Shown: positions 31,473 through 32,000 of the stretch, piece by piece
How the letters are laid out: every line of letters starts with the position of its first letter
How positions within the stretch are numbered: position 1 is the first letter of the stretch
Source of the DNA: Candidatus Babeliales bacterium
Lineage (GTDB): Bacteria; Babelota; Babeliae; Babelales; UASB340
Reading direction: 5' to 3'
Length of the DNA stretch: 32,000 nucleotides
NCBI GenBank assembly: GCA_023133515.1
Contig: JAGLWI010000005.1
Location: 8,434 to 40,433 of the forward strand
Notes under the pieces: generated by a model
What the model was told of the DNA's origin: nothing
Database searches by the model: none
Seen by the model: the letters and a program-made list of their open reading frames with translations, nothing else
Position numbers and translations under genes: made by a program

Positions 31473-32000
31473 ATGAAAATTCTAAAAAAATTAATCTCCA
31501 ACATAAAAATAAAATTTATTGTTCTAGCCATTCTTACAACAATCATCGGAATAACTACAATAGTTTATATTACCAAATATTTTTCTATAATACCCAAAGA
31601 ATATCAATTCAGTAGACCAGATGAACGATCAAATGAAATCAAAGGAAAAATAATTACATTAAAAAGATTAAATCATCAATATTTTCAAGATTATTTTAAA
31701 ATGTTATCTCCAAAAGTTAGGAAACCTCTTTATTTCCCATTTCCACATAATTTTGAAAATGTTAAAAATTTTTTAGAAAAAGAATTATCTCGTGAAGCAG
31801 CAGGCAAAACGTTTTTATATATTATTTTTGATAACAAAGATATTAATTTAATAGGCTCTATTGAAATAAGGGAAAAAAATCCAAATGATCCAGGACAATT
31901 TTCATGCTGGCTTAATGAAAAATATTGGGGTGGAGGAAGAATTCATGAAGCAATAAAACTGATTACAAAAGAATATTTTAAAATAAAAAAAGTCAAAAGT
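31473..32000 (+). CDS. GNAT-family (RimJ/RimL-like) N-acetyltransferase with an N-terminal TM segment; 3' end outside the window
   Basis: The frame is open from ATG 31473 to the window end (176 codons, checked manually; not in the ORF track). FIVLAILTTIIGITTIVYI. LIGSIEIRE...WLNEKYWGGGRIHEAIKL resembles the GNAT motif-A region. Confidence 0.6.
   Translation, partial: MKILKKLISNIKIKFIVLAILTTIIGITTIVYITKYFSIIPKEYQFSRPDERSNEIKGKIITLKRLNHQYFQDYFKMLSPKVRKPLYFPFPHNFENVKNFLEKELSREAAGKTFLYIIFDNKDINLIGSIEIREKNPNDPGQFSCWLNEKYWGGGRIHEAIKLITKEYFKIKKVKS

Overview
This is a gene-dense, very AT-rich bacterial chromosome segment (about 70% A+T by eye, not computed) using the standard code. It looks like a host-dependent or intracellular diderm, because it has a Tlc/Npt-like nucleotide transporter and several signal-peptide proteins with eukaryote-like modules. 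A Dependentiae/TM6-like lineage is only a guess.

Core genes:
- Minus strand: a rearranged rpmF-plsX-(TPR protein) unit followed by gltX-fabD-fabG-acpP-fabF.
- Plus strand: tsf-pyrH-frr, dnaE and a stand-alone acyl-CoA carboxyltransferase.
- Also a CaCA Na+/Ca2+ exchanger and a Gpt-like phosphoribosyltransferase.

Accessory content:
- Two tandem paralogous outer-membrane beta-barrel genes, split by a 1.6-kb cassette carrying an IS200/RAYT-type Y1 transposase and an RHH-MazF/PemK toxin-antitoxin pair.
- A secreted papain-fold (Josephin/UCH-like) protein with TPK-rich repeats.
- A pentapeptide-repeat protein ending in a perfect IQ motif.
- A WD40 protein.
- A 5' partial GNAT gene.

The most notable signal is a family of GC-rich, highly structured palindromic elements (REPIN/MITE-like). 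The core arm is GCGCTCATCCTGAGCTTGTCGAAGGAT. At least 9 copies occur in the window. Inverted copies bracket the Y1 transposase and the TA cassette. Other copies sit directly after stop codons. One forms the 5' leader of an OMP gene, and one arm is embedded in frame inside gltX, analogous to Rickettsia palindromic elements.

All homology calls rest on motif recognition by eye. No database search was possible.
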